A DNA stretch of 63,822 nucleotides, the filler included, from Octopus bimaculoides (taxonomy: Eukaryota), in the NCBI RefSeq assembly GCF_001194135.2. It is 4 parts of 4 records of this genome, joined end to end, with 100 filler letters (N's around TTAATTAATTAA, not from the genome) between each part and the next. Parts side by side here need not be neighbours in the genome. Positions count along the whole stretch, not along the records: positions 45,288 to 62,526 come from NC_068986.1; positions 62,627 to 63,822 come from NW_026390743.1; 2 more parts are not named here. One strand, written 5' to 3'. Numbering within the stretch: position 1 is the stretch's first letter; each line of letters opens with the position of its first letter. Below, piece after piece: positions 62,023 to 63,822 of this stretch. Below the pieces are notes generated by a model that saw only the letters and a list, made by a program, of their open reading frames with translations, was not told the origin of the DNA and ran no database searches. Made by a program: the position numbers and the translations under genes.

Positions 62023-62477
62023 GGTTCTCCACCTCTCTCCCTCTCTCTTGCTCTCTGTATATTTTTTGTAATATATATGTGTATATTATTTGTGTATATG
62101 TATATTATAAATATTTGATACCTAACGAAAATCGTATGATAAATAATAAATAACGATGCCATTTCATCTTATCCTCCCTCAATAGATGAAATATTTATAA
62201 GCTTTATTATTGAATAGATGGCGCTGATAACCTACATTACTAGCATAGATAATTACATGCAGAGATGCTGGTGGCGCGCGCGTGAGAGAGAGTGCTGCGT
62301 GCAAGTATATGCAAATATGGTGGTGTGTGTGTGTCTGTGTGCGAGCGGGTGTTTGTGTTTGTGTGCGCGCGTGAAAAATGTTTAAGCATATATATGAGCG
62401 TCCATAAAGATGAACACAACCACACCCATTCGTATATAATTAAAGGTAAATATATACATACGTATATATATACATAC

Positions 62478-62526
<49 letters not shown>
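61380..62526. repeat. (TA)n/(CA)n-rich low-complexity region
   Basis: Seen directly. Confidence 0.9.
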
Positions 62527-62715
62527 NNNNNNNNNNNNNNNNNNNNNNNNNNNNNNNNNNNNNNNNNNNNTTAATTAATTAANNNNNNNNNNNNNNNNNN
62601 NNNNNNNNNNNNNNNNNNNNNNNNNNGTTTCAGCCAAGTGGCTGCGGTCATGCTGGTGCACCACTGTGATATATATATATATTATGCATATACATGCTTA
62701 TATGTATATATATAT

Positions 62716-63058
62716 GTATGCGGATACCCCCTTTGGTCATAATTGACCATGGGATTGCACCTAGGAAGTTACCCTCTCAGGCACAAGTCCAGGTAAAGTT
62801 GTTCATGGAAGACCAGTAGTCGCCCATGCATACCAGCCTCCCTTCTCCACACCACTGATGTTATCCAAGTGAAAGGCAAAGGCCGATACAGCTTGGCACC
62901 TGTGATGTTGCAACTCATTTCTACAGCTGAGTGAACTGGAGCAACGTGAAATAAAGTGTCTTGCTCAAGAACACGACATGCAGCCCGGCAGGATTCGAAC
63001 TCACAACCTTATGATCGTAAGCTCGATGCTCTAACCACTGAGCCATGTGCCTTTACAT
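62716..63058 (-). mobile_element. tRNA-derived CORE-type SINE
   Basis: Head ggcacatggctcagtggttagagc...gagttcgaatcctg, then ttcttgagcaagacactttatttcacg. Confidence 0.85.
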
Positions 63059-63294
63059 ATATCTATGTATATATGTATGCGCCTTCACATATATGTATGT
63101 ATATGTATATATGTATGTATATGTATGTATATGTATATATGTATGTATATATATGAATGTGTATATGTATGTATATATATATATATATATGTGTATGTAT
63201 ATATATATATATATGTGTATGTATATGTATATATATATATATGTATGTGTGTGTATATATATATATATATATATGTATATAAGTATATACATAT

Positions 63295-63475
63295 GTTGCA
63301 CGTAAAAGCACCCCCTACACTCTCGGAGTGGTTGGCGTTAGGAAGGGCATCCAGCTGTAGAAACTCTACCAGATCAGATTGGAGCCTGGGGCAGCCATCT
63401 GGTTTGCTAGTCCTCAGTTAAATCATCCAACCCATGCTAGCATGGAATGTGGACGTTAAGTGATGATGATGATGT
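63295..63475 (+). mobile_element. Solo 3' end of the RTE LINE family seen at 10368
   Basis: cacgtaaaagcacc...ttaggaagggcatccagctgtagaaactc...ccaacccatgctagcatgg...(GAT)n. Confidence 0.85.
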
Positions 63476-63498
63476 ATATATGTATGTATATATGTATG

Positions 63499-63750
63499 TA
63501 CCAGGTGCATTTCAATTGTTCAATTTCCTGATTGCTGCTTTTACTTCAGCCAGATTTGGAATTTCTGCTATAAGATGTTTTATTGGTCTCTCGGGTATAT
63601 TATCAAGAAAAGAGAGATCAACTTCAGTGGGTCTATTGAGCAACTCATCAAAATGTTCTTTCCATCTCCCAACAATATCTTTAGGATTTGTTAATAATTC
63701 TGTGCCATCCTTGCTCCAAAGTGGTGCAACCTTTGATGAAACTGGTCCAT
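63499..63750 (-). mobile_element. RTE (BovB-like) LINE ORF2 linker fragment
   Basis: PLWSKDGTELLTNPKDIVGRWKEHFDELLNRP...EVKAAIRKL. Confidence 0.8.
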
Positions 63751-63822
63751 GAACTTTGTGTATTTATATATGTATGTATATGTATATATATATGTATATA
63801 TCTATATATATATATATATATA

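Overview
AT-rich, repeat-dense eukaryotic scaffold with many N gaps. The SINE families and microsatellite landscape look like Octopus (coleoid cephalopod); this is an inference from memory. The left ~18.5 kb is visibly CpG-poor and holds a multi-exon minus-strand protein-coding gene I could not identify: three well-supported exons at 14295-14479, 4841-4973 and 2503-2584, plus a phase-compatible 54-bp exon at 13484-13537. Its introns contain RTE, R4/Dong-like and CR1-like LINE relics, a pogo-like DNA transposon, a hAT MITE, SINEs and a ~300-bp fold-back. The rest is CpG-richer and has no confident host gene. It contains tRNA-derived SINEs, Penelope-like fragments, mariner/maT/Tc1 relics, a Helentron-type element, a Gypsy integrase/LTR relic and microsatellites. 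The best candidate for something unusual is a short element made of a tRNA-like Pol III head, an (AAT)n spacer and a tail with a Penelope-type minimal hammerhead ribozyme (43577-43862; a second tail copy lies on the minus strand at 38938-39116). I ran no alignments or database searches; all assignments come from reading motifs, and most repeat boundaries are approximate.
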